Below the pieces are notes generated by a model. That model was not told the DNA's origin and made no database searches. It was given only the letters and a program-made list of their open reading frames with translations. A DNA stretch of 47,956 bases from Phoronis australis (taxonomy: Eukaryota > Animalia > Phoronida), in contig NMRA01000288.1 in NCBI GenBank assembly GCA_002633005.1, positions 23,776-71,731 on the forward strand. The letters are read 5' to 3'. A program made the translations under genes and the position numbers. This document shows, one piece after another, positions 34,801-47,099 of this stretch; within the stretch, counting starts at the first letter, position 1; every line of letters starts with the position of its first letter.

Positions 34801-34959
34801 TTGGCCCTCCCTCATATTGGTATTACATCAAATTAATTTTTTATGACAGGTTACTTCCTTTCTCACGAGGACGATCAAGTGTGCTTGAAATATGTTGGCA
34901 CCAACAGGTCATGTGAGGAACTAGAGGATTCTCCAAGCATACAGTTTAATATGCAATAA
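25837..34959 (+). CDS. Gene C: second IL-1/IL-18-like beta-trefoil cytokine, 9 exons, ~290 aa (first exon tentative)
   Basis: Exons 25837-25858 (tentative), 26352-26446, 27573-27658, 28018-28084, 28874-28913, 30120-30314, 33124-33272, 34338-34446, 34850-34959; 873 nt in one frame. C-terminal half: ESFFVDHYSGLNNSDGSIVFICTIRVHHKSNESRNDRFLMCADNKEVTLKKAKFHKDHVNLKKQKSMLFQLRSWNYVTFFESLSYLGYFLSHEDDQVCLKYVGTNRSCEELEDSPSIQFNMQ. Confidence 0.78.
26352..26446 (+). CDS. Gene C exon 2 (FQLEGRLYCRCKFFKPNKRNKRKRSSDDRDT)
   Basis: Donor ACG|gtgagt; acceptor ttttttaag| (weaker AAG type); 95 nt, phase 1 to 0 like gene A exon 2; RLxCRC motif. Confidence 0.65.
27573..27658 (+). CDS. Gene C exon 3 (TAYHGNSSGNSIKRMTPTDTSKNQTNGF)
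   Basis: Acceptor ccttcttacag|, donor |gtatga; splice sites retained in the inverted copy. Confidence 0.6.
27860..27970. repeat. (GT)n/(GC)n mixed microsatellite
   Basis: Direct reading; counterpart (CA)n at ~43100-43225. Confidence 0.9.
28018..28084 (+). CDS. Gene C exon 4 (REATLRSQDNETSMQQKEEIAL)
   Basis: Acceptor tttgtag|, donor CTG|gtaagt; 67-nt length conserved in the inverted copy. Confidence 0.65.
28874..28913 (+). CDS. Gene C exon 5 (AERRDEKTICQCI)
   Basis: Acceptor ttctttcag|, donor |gtaagt, phase 0 to 1 like gene A exon 3. Confidence 0.68.
30120..30314 (+). CDS. Gene C exon 6 (KRNALCID...STHVMTFSEDKIQM...GSN)
   Basis: Acceptor gttttatag|, donor G|gtgtgt; homologous to gene A exon 4. 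Confidence 0.82.
30383..32720 (+). mobile_element. HINE-like tandem-array element, copy 3
   Basis: Starts catttttatgcacccaca; same subunits with cctagtggc motifs; 3' part ccctaggagcacaccgtttgcagtgc is shared with copies 1 and 2. Confidence 0.65.
33124..33272 (+). CDS. Gene C exon 7 (SFFVDHY...CTIRV...FLMC...VTLK)
   Basis: Acceptor catcttacag|, donor AAA|gtgagt, phase 1 to 0; aligns with gene A exon 5. Confidence 0.9.
34338..34446 (+). CDS. Gene C exon 8 (KAKF...LFQLRSWNYVTFFESLSYL-G)
   Basis: Acceptor ttcattttag|, donor G|gtaagt, 109 nt. Confidence 0.9.
34850..34959 (+). CDS. Gene C terminal exon (GYFLSHEDDQVCLKYVGT...SIQFNMQ*)
   Basis: Acceptor ttttttatgacag|, stop TAA 34957-34959. Confidence 0.9.
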
Positions 34960-37900
34960 AAAGACACCTAGTTAACGACACAGCTGTCCTGAATCTTGTT
35001 GTTGTTGTATTAGACCTTGGATATGTCCAGGAATTTGGTATCTCTCGGGACAAGGTGGTTGGAATTTTAATTATTAAACAATTTTTACAAACAAGAATCC
35101 TATACAGTGTTTGAAAATCGCCAACTTCATATCAAAAAACAAAAACAAAAAACAACTTCACCAGTCCATCAGCTGTCAAATTGGAACAGCCACAAACACT
35201 ATCTGAAAATATTGATTATCTGATCTCCAGTTACAAGCATATATTGGTCGATACATACTACTAACCGGGACAACCAATCACAGCACTGGTCGTGCTCTTT
35301 TGTTTTTATTGTGAAAAGTCGTCAAATATTGCTGCTCGTTTTTCTGTTGTTTATGGTATAATAAGGTATGATGGGGCTTTGTGTATATGGTGGTTGTGAC
35401 AACTCAATATTTGACCACGCTGTGACTCCTTTCACTTTCCCGTGGCACATCTGAGAAGCAAAGATATGGTACATGTTTGTAAAAGAAACTCGCGTGTTGG
35501 TCGACATGACATAGTGACGCTGGGTACATTCATGCGTCACCCTCAAGTCCACGGACCTAAGAAACTTTCAGGCGATGTCACTTTTGTATTTTCTCGTTAC
35601 TGGGATATTGAATTGACGATTGTGATGTGCAGTACTAGAAAGGAAACATTAGTGATGCGGACAGCGAAGTCACTTGTCAAAACAAGGTAAATGGTGGTTT
35701 TATGCGCTTCAATATGAAGTCAGGAAATAAAGATAACTTCTTCACAATGGATTTTCATTGATTCTGGCAAAGATAAGTGTTGTGAAGACATGGAACATTA
35801 TTCAATCAGATACAAAATACATGAAGTTTACTTTGTCCTGTAGTACTCATATCATCCCAATAAAGTACTTATGTTTTATTGCTGTATTGTAACTGCCTAC
35901 TGCTTTTTGTTAATTGGTGTTCTTGCATTGATTTATAGTGCCACCTGTATTTTTTAGTCCCGCCAGTTGTGAAATCATGGTTTAAAGAGTCATCATGACA
36001 TTTAGCGAAGGTATTTCTGCAGATGGAAAGCGAGTTGACATTGATTTTTAGACAGTTTCAAGTGCTACATTAGCTATGCATGCCTCTAGTGGCAGTTTTA
36101 GTTTTTGCATTTTCTTCAGTATCAACCAAGTTGACATTAAATGTGACACGTTCAGTGGATTATAGGGTTATTGTGCCATTTTTGTTAGTTTTTCAGTTCT
36201 AGTTCGTTTAAGGTGATTTTATGATGTTAGTTTTAGTCAATCTGTTCGTTATTTTGTTACTATATCCATGTACTCTTAACAAAGCAACATTGTTATCATA
36301 TGGTTCATATTGGTTCCTATTGTTTTGTTATAGACAACCAACTGCACACAAGTAGGAGCAAAGGATGCACGTGTTAAGAAATCTGTATTGAGAGAATATT
36401 GAGCTGTTTGTTAGTGACCCTCGTTGCTCGTGGGAAATATCACTTCTGTATAGCCTTTGACTGGATTTGTTGTCTCCATGTACAATGTCTAGTTCTGTGC
36501 ATGTTGAAATGTGCACTTTTTGTAGTACAATTTAAAATGTATTTTATGAACCTTGTTAAGATATGATATTTATAGTCTGGACAAAAGCTAAATTTGCTAT
36601 TTCAAACTTTCTGTTTATACCTTCCTGTTAGCTCTGCTTATGGTCAAGTGTTATAGTCAGAGATGTAAACAATTTTATCTACTTTTGTGTAATAGCTATT
36701 CTGGCCTGTTTTTTAATTGGTGAGGCAATAGGGTATTTTTATAGTTGCTCACATTTTCAAAAATAAAGTCACCTAATGTCCCTTGAAATGGGTCGTGATC
36801 CTGAAATCCCCGCAAAGGAAAAACTCTGTGGTTACCACAGAGTTGCTATTGTCCCCCACTTATGATAAATGCATGCATCACAGTCAATTGCTTGAAGTCC
36901 CTTGAGGTCAAAGATCACATTTGCTATATAAGGGAAATGTGCAATGTCTATATTTTGCCATACCAATTGAGGAGACGTGTTTTGCCTCGTGGAAGGAGAA
37001 ACGATGTGGCCAGCAGATGACAGATCATTTTTTAAATTTGAAACTGACAGAAATGCTTTGCTGTCAACAGAAATAATAAATCTTTACGAAAGAACCCTAA
37101 ACATATCTGGTAAGCATGTTTAATTCTGTTTCAGTGGCAGAGAACCATTCATTCTACTGCTACTTAGTCCGTTTGTCTCGTCCTAGTCCTCCTTAAGAAT
37201 TAGATAAAAACCTAATTGATTGCAGACGTCGGGTGCAACATCATGTAGAGAAGTGTTTTAGAGACTATGTTACTCAAAATGACTGTGTTTTGGCTTGACT
37301 AGGGGAAAACTGTATATTGAACTTTTTGCAGACAAGCCTGTCTTGGCGGACATTAGTAGAATGTCAGTTTTGGGACTAAAAATCAAATTCAAATTCCTAA
37401 GCTTGCTCTCTCATGTATACCCTCGGATGTGTTAAAGGAGCATGCCACCCAAAAAACAACCTAATTTGTATCAATTTAGTTCTACTCCATAACGACACGT
37501 ACGGTTGCGTTACCTGAGACCTGACGGCAGACGAAGGTGTTGAAATTATCCAATGACGTCATCGGTTTCACACGCAGTCTGTTCATCAGTTCACAACACG
37601 GGTTACTGGTGTCAGCTTATCGCTTGAAGTCATCATTTAACACCAATAAATCATCAAACTTCGATGTAAAACCCTTAAAAATACACCGAGTTCTTCTAAA
37701 AACGTGTTGTNAATTCACGCCGACAGGAGGCGCGTTCCAAAACGAGGCTCGCTACGATAGCTGGCGTATTGGCATACTGGTTGTGGTCCGCGTTGCGGCT
37801 CGAACGGCTAACAAAAATACGGACACTCTGTTTTACAATACCTAAGGACGTTGAGATTCGGATGCGTTGTGTCGTTGTAGTACGCCGTGACAAAGGAAAA

Positions 37901-40229
37901 TGTGTCCGTGTAAAATTTATAAATGTTTTCGATAAGTTAGATCATATTTTGTAGCATCTCGGTCGCCGAGCAATAGCAACGACCGGATAATAAATGATGC
38001 ATATGTCGTTCCAAAAAGGTCAGGGGCCTAAATCTCTCGATTTTGGGCCGAATATTGGCCCTATTCCCGTCTCAAAAATATCGAAAAATTCCCCGAAGTT
38101 CCACCACAAGGCCCTAAAAATTGCCCCGATTGAAAAGTATTGTCTCCCGCGAAGTCAAGTTCAAATCACCTGCAACCACACAGTTGACAACTTGAAAGAG
38201 CACAAAGTGCTTCTTGAGACAGAGCCTACATGTATGAGAGCTTTCAACATCGGGGCGAGGGTGTTATTGATGATGATCGGGAGGTAGATTTTTACCCTCA
38301 CTCGGCGAAAAAGTTCCCTCCAGTCACGTACTTTCCCTTCCGATGAACAAGGCCCCTAAAGAATCATGATAACTATGCTTGCCCTGTCCAGTTAACTGAA
38401 ATTGAGCTCTACAACGAAGTTATGCTTAGGACGAACGAATTAAGTGTTTTAATTTTAAAATTCAACTTGGTCCCGGCCAGATTGATATTTGAAACACAGG
38501 AAACACATGAAATAGACGTAAGATTTATTAAAACCAAGGAAGCAGAATTGATGGTCAAATAATTACTTGTGAATGTGAGCAAGGGAGTGAATGAGAACCT
38601 GGATATAATGCGAAAGCGATTTCTGGGGCTGTGCTCGTTTTTATTTTTTCAAAAATTAAAAAATGGTCAAATAATTTTCATTTTCAATTACGAGCGTGGC
38701 TTTTATTTTTATAAAAAATATATTTAATAACATCAGTTATTCTTTCAGATCAATGACAAATCAAGTGTTTGGCCCGCGGTAGTCCTTACCTCACCAGGAC
38801 CTAGCCGGGCTATGCCGATTGATGTTAGTATTCTTGATCAAAAAGTTAAACAAGATGTGACCAATTGCCCATGAGAGCAAAATGCGATGAGCCACCACTC
38901 GAATACATCTTCAACTACTCAACAATTATACAAGCAGATGGCCTGGTTTGTGTAGAAAGCATTTTTATCAACAATTTACAAGAAGAAACGTAACTGCATA
39001 CAGTATAATACCTAATCCGTCATACTACGATCGCCGCAGTTTGGTCACATTTACTTTTCATATTTCGAACCTAGTTTTCCAAAAAAACCGTACCTTTCGT
39101 CAGACAACTCTTTGTTGCATTGACTTGTTTTCTGATGTATTTTTCTACGTCTCTATGGTTAATTACCGACACATTTTTAAGATTTAATGTCCAGGTTGGA
39201 CACGCAAGCCCGGCCATTTAACTCACGCAATGTCAACTTCCGCTTTGTTTATGGCAGTGAGCCTCGCTTTGGATTTTAATGTCTGCCACGTGAATTAGGT
39301 CTATTGGGAATACTTGTAGAGTTTTCCCTGTATGTAACCACTGAGGTATCTAAACATGATTACGTTGATGGAATAGTAGACGTTATTACATGGGGGCCGA
39401 TAATTCTTAAAAGGATACCAAACTCGCGGTTTTGGCCCATTAACAGATACTAAAAACTGCTTTCCCATTCAGGTCTCTGAAACGGAATGCTCTGTAACCC
39501 TCGACAACCCTCAAAAGTTTGGAGGAAATGTTGAAAACTCCTTTCAAAGTCTGCTAAACTGGCAAGCGTGATCTACGCTTTTAGGGAATTGCACCGTGAC
39601 AACTTTGGGAAAAGACTACCCATTAAAAGGTTCCTGAAGCACAATAACATGCATTTTTAATGTAATTTAATTGATGAATAAAGTCTATATCAGAAATCAC
39701 AACGCTGTTATTCTTTCAAATTTTTGTAAAAAAGCGTTTTCCCAATGATAATTCCGATTGGCTAAAGCGCGTCTGACGTCACTGAGGCGGTAATACAGCC
39801 GTTGCACCTACGTGGGTAAAAACTGATCAAATAAAATCTGACACAAAATTAGTGTCATTAAATATTACTCTCTTCTTTGAGTAAACTAAATTAGCCTATT
39901 TACCGATGTTGAAAAAATTGACGTTATGCCGTTCACTCTGCTGCTAAAGTTTAGGCGGGCTCTTTCAGAGTCGGCTTTCGGCGCTGTCTTTTTCGCCAAT
40001 TTCGTTCCCCGAGTTATTCTTCCAAGTATAAGAAGACTTTGCACCTTTCCAAGGGTTTGCTACGTCGCTGCAAGTATTCAAAATTTACATAAAATTATTG
40101 GTGACAACGTAACTGTACAGTTATCATCCATACATGTATGACTACAATGACGCAAAACGTTTTAAGGAGGAACTTGCTGGCTAATTCCTTGTCTCTGTGA
40201 CTGCTTGGCCAAATTATTTAGAAACACAA

Positions 40230-40345
40230 CATATAGCGACCATGTGAATTTGAAGTAGGTTGAAATTTGTCAAATGATTTTAAGAACGAATTTTGTGATG
40301 AAAATGATCCGTCGCAAATCAATGAACCGTGTCCAGTAAGTATCG
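40230..40345 (+). repeat. Dispersed ~120-bp repeat (partner of 1605-1725)
   Basis: Direct sequence match in inverted orientation. Confidence 0.75.
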
Positions 40346-41980
40346 TGCGATGTCAGCCCGCGAGGTATCGGTACTAGTGCAAAGGTCACCTGTTTACAAA
40401 AAAAAATTGTTTTCACATTTACAAGTTGCCACTGAATACAACTGTACTTGATTTAGCGTAGAATGTGTTAAAATTGCATTGTCGTTTATTTCCTGCTATA
40501 CTTTAGCACAGTAAAATATGCAAGTACATCTTTTGAGTACGTTTCCCTATTTCTTGCCAAGACTAAAGGTTTATGCAGCTCTATCTCGAAAATTGGAGGA
40601 AACAGAATGGAAAGCGGCTTAAGTGTTGTCCAGTCTGCGTAAGAACATCGTGTACGGTGTCACATATGTACATGTAGCTTAAGCAGTTGTTGACCGGTTC
40701 CACCCGTCATCACTGAGCCCGTTTCATTTGAAGACATGCAGGGTAACACCTTTTTGAAATATTTGTTCAAGTATTTCTTATATAAACGAAGGCTCACACA
40801 TGGGCGCACTATTCTTACAACAGCATCTTGCAGACGGCTATTACAAATTTTAACAGTCGACTAGGCGAAATCTAAAACAAAGCAGTTCACGATTAAGGCA
40901 GGCACGGATCAAGAGGGAGATCCTGCGGCCTGGACCTCTTGGACATCCCTATTCGATCACTTCTACATTGCTGCCCAATATGTGCGTTCATTGCCGGACC
41001 TCCTTGGACAAAATCACGACAGTAAAGACTTTGCCCAATTCCAGAGTTAATCACGATTTTCAGTTGTTCTTAGATAGAACGAAATGCCCTTCATACTGAA
41101 GGTCTCATCTTCATACTGAAGGTCTCAAGATGGCTAACACTGTCAGACGACCTCGACATCGGTGAAAGTATTTTATGCACCAAACACAAACGTAAGAGCT
41201 ATATCATAGTTTCGTGACATCTTTGACGTTGCTGAACTTGTGTCAAAATCTTATTAAATATTCACGTCTTCATATGAGAACCAGGGCTTGGAATGACCAA
41301 TGACAAAAAACGCGGAAACTTTTACGGCCCAAATCATGCCCGATAACCAGCCTTTGAAATGGTCAATGTGAACCTTTCCGCGACAAAAATCGGGAGGACT
41401 AAAAAAAAACACGAGCCGCCATTGAAAATCACACCACGCTTTACCCAGATGCCCCGGCAATGTTGACAATGTACGTTCCTCCGAAACATAAAGAGCAACT
41501 TCCGAACGTAAGTTGATATTGCAACACCGCTCAGATGTTACTAGGTGATGATTTCATCATCTTGACCGCACACAACTTTCGTTTTATAAAACGGGGAACG
41601 GGGGAGAGAATTCAAAATTCTACAAGTGATTACGGACATGAGCCGGTGACCCATGTTCAGGAATAAATTTCAATAAGCCATGATAATTTTCGCACAGGGA
41701 CACGTCAGTCATGTTAATAATTCCTGCCAATGAGGGCTCAGGAACACGTCATTATACACAACTATAGTCTGACATTTTCGTCCTTCGAACAATGACTGGA
41801 AGGATGTTATAAAAATGATGTTACATTGTGCTTTGGCGCTTGGAATGCATATCAGAAACACGGAGACCGAAAAAGAGGAAGTGGATAAACAAGTACAAAT
41901 TTAAAACAAAACAAAACAATCCACAAATATCGTTTATGTCTTTATCTTCAATAACTGTGTCTAATGTGAATTAACAATTA

Positions 41981-43132
41981 AATATGTGTAATACAACTGG
42001 GTGAGAAAGTCAACGGTAAATAACCATTTTACTGCAACCTTTACTGCACTGGTAAGCGATGCGAAAAGAGCTTAATGTCGTCTTCTAGTTCGATAATCGC
42101 AAAATAATGCGTATTATGGGCACCAATACAAAATCAAAAATGTTCTACCATGAAAGACTTACCAATAGATGCACAAATTGGTTTTCTATCTCTTCTCTCA
42201 GCCTGAAAGAAGATGTTACTGTCCAATAATCAAATCAGTAGTCGGTTAAAGGAACAATCTCGGTTTTAGGGCCGAGAAGCACATAATTGGGACGTTTTTT
42301 TGCTTTTGGTAAACCAGGACTATAAAACAAAAATTATTTTCGTGATTTTAATACAAACAAAAAAATCTTGCTGTTGTCTGTCAGCCGTTGACTTGATCAG
42401 TCCCGATACTCATACACTTGCCGTATGTGGTTTAAATTCACAAGAAAAGCCTCGGACAACGACCGCTAAGGTATTGATTTCTAATCCAAATAAACGCACC
42501 AGTGTTTATTCGGAAAACGGGGACTTTTAAACGGAACGTCATAGTTTTACTGACTTTGATATCTGTTACTTAAAACAATGTTTTAAATTTTACGTTAATA
42601 AATGCATCATTCACCAACACCTTGCTCGTTTTGATTAATAATCCATAAAACTAAATTTGTGACAAAAAGTTGACGCTGAATGAGCTTTTAAGAGAAAATT
42701 TTCCAAATAAACGCCTCACTATTTGGACACTTGACACAAGAAGTTGTATCACCAAATAAACGCTCATGCCCGTTTATTCGTCATAATTTTCCTAATAAAC
42801 GCCCATGGGCGTTTCATCGGATGAGCTTATCTACGGAAAATCACGGTAATTACAAAACCACAGATTGTAATTCAGTAATTTATATATATTTAGTCTTTTC
42901 ATCTATGGGCCATTAACTGGGCCATGTGGGCATGTCGTTTTAGTGTGTTACATAACCAATGAATTTATTTACCTGCACAATCTCCTGTTTTTGATGCATG
43001 GCAGTTACATTGTCCTGGGAGCACAAAGTGGCCTCAGACCTACAGACGTTCACGTATAGTAATCATTATTTTTTCGCCCGTGTTTGCACACACTCATAGA
43101 GACGCGCGCGTGCGCTCACACACAAACACACA

Positions 43133-43182
<50 letters not shown>

Positions 43183-43685
43183 AGCGGCCATGTTCGCACG
43201 CACGCACGCACGAACACACGCACATGGCACTATATTAAAAAACAAATGATCAAGAGTTAAACTGTAGCAACAATTTTTCGGCTTTGAACTGAAGTTAGGA
43301 GAACGCTCTAGATTTTAGTGACCACAATTTTTGAACGTTTTTGTTCAGTTTTGCAAGCGGTTCACCTACATGTATATTGCTTGGATGCTGAAGTGTCCTT
43401 ATGGCCACATTTTCTTCTTTACACACATCATACCTGAAACCCTTCGTTAGGTTTTTTTGAATAACCATTAGGAGTAATCCTTTTGGTAGAGTTGCCGCTG
43501 CTGTTACCGTAGTAGTCACTCTGCAAAGAAGGCCATATTAAACGAAATGATCGTACGTGTGGGTTTGCTTAAAAACAAATATTTTGTACTTTTTGTTGAG
43601 CTGCATTTCACTTTTTTATTCAAACTCAAAGATCATTTATAGTATAGATGCGTCATGTTTGTTACACCAAGAACTTAGCACCATG
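41981..43685 (-). pseudogene. Inverted ~1.7-kb duplicate of gene C region 27407-29097 carrying pro-region exons 3-5
   Basis: Collinear reverse-complement match including introns; exon copies 43434-43520 (87 nt, one extra A in a homopolymer), 42973-43039 (67 nt) and 42163-42202 (40 nt), all with intact splice sites. Confidence 0.8.
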
Positions 43686-43689
43686 TAAA

Positions 43690-45900
43690 GTTTTCTTTTG
43701 GAAATTTATTATACGTTGCTAGGAGAATAAAATTAACTTGGTTGCACTTTTTGCAACTTTGAGCATTTTTTATAATTCAAGATGGCGGCTTCCGCCATCA
43801 TGAATTCCGCCTAATTTCCACACTCTGAACATGATACCGTGTAGGATTTTGCAATTTATGGTTTCTAATGTTTTATGGGACGGAAAGTCCATTTCTGATA
43901 TTATTTTATGGATGCAAGGTCAAAGTCAAGGTCAAATGAGAGGTCAATGGTCACGTTGAACTGAAACAACGAGAATTCGTCTCTTTTGCGCAACGAAATG
44001 TTACATTTATGGGCAATGAGGAATTATCATTTCTGTGATTCCTTTATATAAGGAATAAGGTAGTGCTAAATACTGAAATAAGATATTCTCTCAACACCTC
44101 AACAACTAGTTTAAAATACTGTTGTACCAGAGACCTAGGCATGTCGCTCAGGAAGGCCCTTCAGAATGATCACCTTGGACCATATTCATACTTTATTGGT
44201 TGATACAGGGCTAAGTATCTAAGTACTTGACTCAGGCGACCATAAGTTTGCCCCGTGTGACTCGAAAACACAACCTTGCGTAGAGTAAGGACACTAAGCC
44301 ACACTGCCTCCTCATAGTGAAGCGGGGTATGTGTACATGTATATATTACGCGTAATCCGTGCAGGTTACATGCACGTAAACTTGATGGACACTGTTACTA
44401 ATCCAGGGACAACTAATAAACTATGACTTGTGGAACTTAATATAAAATAAAGTAAAGTTCCCGCCTGTCTTCTTCTACTGAAGAGTGATGACTAACTGGT
44501 TCTCGAGAAAATTTTACCGCCCCATGCGTCGGTGTTCATGGAGAACAGCTTCAAGGTTAATGGACCACGAGTCGGTGACTGCAATAAGTTCAATTTGGCT
44601 CCTCTGTGTCTACTCAGAGAGGGGTTATTGGCGTCTCTGACAGCTCGTTCAAACCAAGAACTTTTCTCTGTCCAGTACCCTCACGTCTTGTGACCTCTCA
44701 TGCAGGCGGCACTTGTCCGAAATACTACCATTCCACTTGTCCATTTGAGTCTTGACGTCTACTGGCATATTAGCCGTCCTATAAATCAAGAACTCGGAGA
44801 CGTCAGTGTTGTCACAAGTGGTTCTGATGATGTGGGTGCCTTCTTCCATCACTTTCAGCATTTACCTATACAATGTCAGCTTCACCATGTGAAATTACAC
44901 GGTGGCTCTTCTTGACCCACTCGATGTTGAATAGAAGGGAATAGCTTCATACACATAAAAGGTTGTTTAACATAGCGTTATATAGAATAGTTTAGCGGCA
45001 AAAGGGATGTTTAGGAACAGGGGTTAGTTTGAATTCCTCAACTTGTCCTTATGTTATCGTCTCTTGGTCCTCTGTGTAGGGATCTTCGTGGTCATATTTT
45101 TCTGCACAGCGAATAATTGTTTCACAAGCAAGAGGATAGGATGCTAGTAGAGTGCCGGGACTTTACCTAAATCTCCAACCAATACCACCTTCGGAGGAGA
45201 ATTATTTGGGACATAACGCGATCGACGAGATTTGACCATAATGGCATTGTCACCCTTCCTAAGACTGCCGTATTTACCGATCTGGGCTATAGGGAGTGGA
45301 CTCAATAAGTTCATACTGAAAGATATCAGCTATGTTAATGTTACATTGCTGACTTACGACTAACAGGCAACTGAACAACGTTTCAACGCCATGTCCTTCC
45401 CTTGACAGTACAGGCTTCTTCAGCATCTCCAGCATTTTGACTTTTCCTAATTGCTTTGTAACATTCACTGCTTACCAAAACTAAAAATCTGACTGCTCTG
45501 CTCATGACCAATGGCCAGCTCGTTCTGGAATCTACTCGGCGACTGTAGAAGTTATGGAGAAATGACAGTTGGTCAGTGAGCTGGTGTCTGTGCTTCTCTA
45601 TCTCCGCTGCAACCTTTCTCTAGTCATCCTCGCCCAGGTCCACTTCTCCCTTCCTGTACTTAGTCTTCTTCCTGTCACTCCACTACGTGACGTTTGCTCT
45701 TCACCACCTTCTATCCACATGACTTATGTTCTCCATGGCAGGATCAAGGTGCGCACACCCACTGAAATTCTTTAACCGCATGACCACTTAATTGCTCGGC
45801 TCTCATTAAAATGCTCCTTATAACCCCAGAACCTTTTACTCCATTGATATACGGTACGCCTGTTCTTAGAATAGGTCAACAGATACTACAGTCTTGTCAT
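43690..45900 (-). mobile_element. Probable decayed Academ-type DNA transposon (XPG/FEN1-like nuclease fragment)
   Basis: Minus strand SHGEADI...IIRTTCDNTDVSEFLIY (EAD...D-T-D motif) near 44750-44900 with stops; terminal region with caagatggcggc and aggtcaaggtca motifs. Confidence 0.4.
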
Positions 45901-46442
45901 CAGCGTGTGCAGCTTCGAGTGGAACTTTTCGGCATTATTGGACAGCAAACTTCAAAATAAACTTCGAAAGAACTCTGTCACGCTGCTAAACTTAATATAA
46001 ACTTCTTGCCAGAAATGTTTGCCACCTTAGTCGAATGCTTGTCGCACTTTTGTCGAAGTTTTCTCATAGTTAAGGTTATCGTTGTTGCGCTTAGTCGTTT
46101 ATTGTTTATTTATGAATGAAGTTACGTGCAAATTGTGAAAATTAAGACAACGTACCTAGAGGCGCTATTGTCTTCTAGGCCAAAATAATTTCCACGCCGT
46201 TTGGTTTATTTTGAAGACTGCTACACCAGCGCAGGTGCCGTACACAATTATGGTGACCTGCTACGAAGAAACAGGTCTCCTTGAGACAGGGTTGTTAAAG
46301 GACCATCTTTAGGTAAACCACCAGCTCTTCATAAGACTTGGCCCCAATTGAGTAGACATGGAGTTACACCATGGCTGTGATGAGATTGTAAACCTACAGA
46401 GCATCGGTTCTAGCCTTACCGTTGACTACACTGGAGTGTAAC

Positions 46443-47099
46443 AGGTTAATACTCCGATGGCCCATGCCACCACTCCGAAAAAACTGCTACTCCGAAGGTC
46501 GTCTACTCCGAAAAAACACCGTTACTACGACTTTTTACTCGATCTTCCTAAATTTTCTCAAAATTTCAGGAATGATTTATCAATTTGTTACTAACTAACA
46601 AAATACCCACACAAAAATAAATTTGGAAAATGAAGTCCAATGACTTATTTCTGTCATTATTATTGTATTTGTAGTTAACAACTCTGGTATCATATCTTCT
46701 TTGAAGTTCACTTGATCGAGAGAAAATTTATCGTATGCGCGCACCCAAGGGACTGGCTCGGAGAGCTCGACCGAGCCCCCCCATTTGGCGAAGTGGGCAA
46801 AACGTTAACCTCAAAACCAAAAAAAGTCTGAGAAAACGAGAGACAAAAGTCCACTAAAAAGGCGCGAATGCACAATTCATGGCCCTGAACGTGATATCCC
46901 ATTGTTTTTTTGTTTGTAAAAGGTCTACATTGCCAAAAATTCGAGCCCCCCATATTTTAGACTGGGTGCGCGCATGTACTAGGTTATAAAATAAAACAAC
47001 TGCGTTCATATTTGGAGGAGACGTCGGTTTCTTCGGAGTAGAGGTTTTTCGGAGTATTTTTGGAGTAATGGGCAGTAACCACATTGGAGTATAAAACCT
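46443..47099. mobile_element. ~650-bp non-autonomous DNA transposon with subterminal TACTCCGAA repeats
   Basis: aggttaatactccgatg vs cattggagtataaaacct inverted ends; actccga repeats on the left, tcggagta repeats on the right. Confidence 0.65.
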
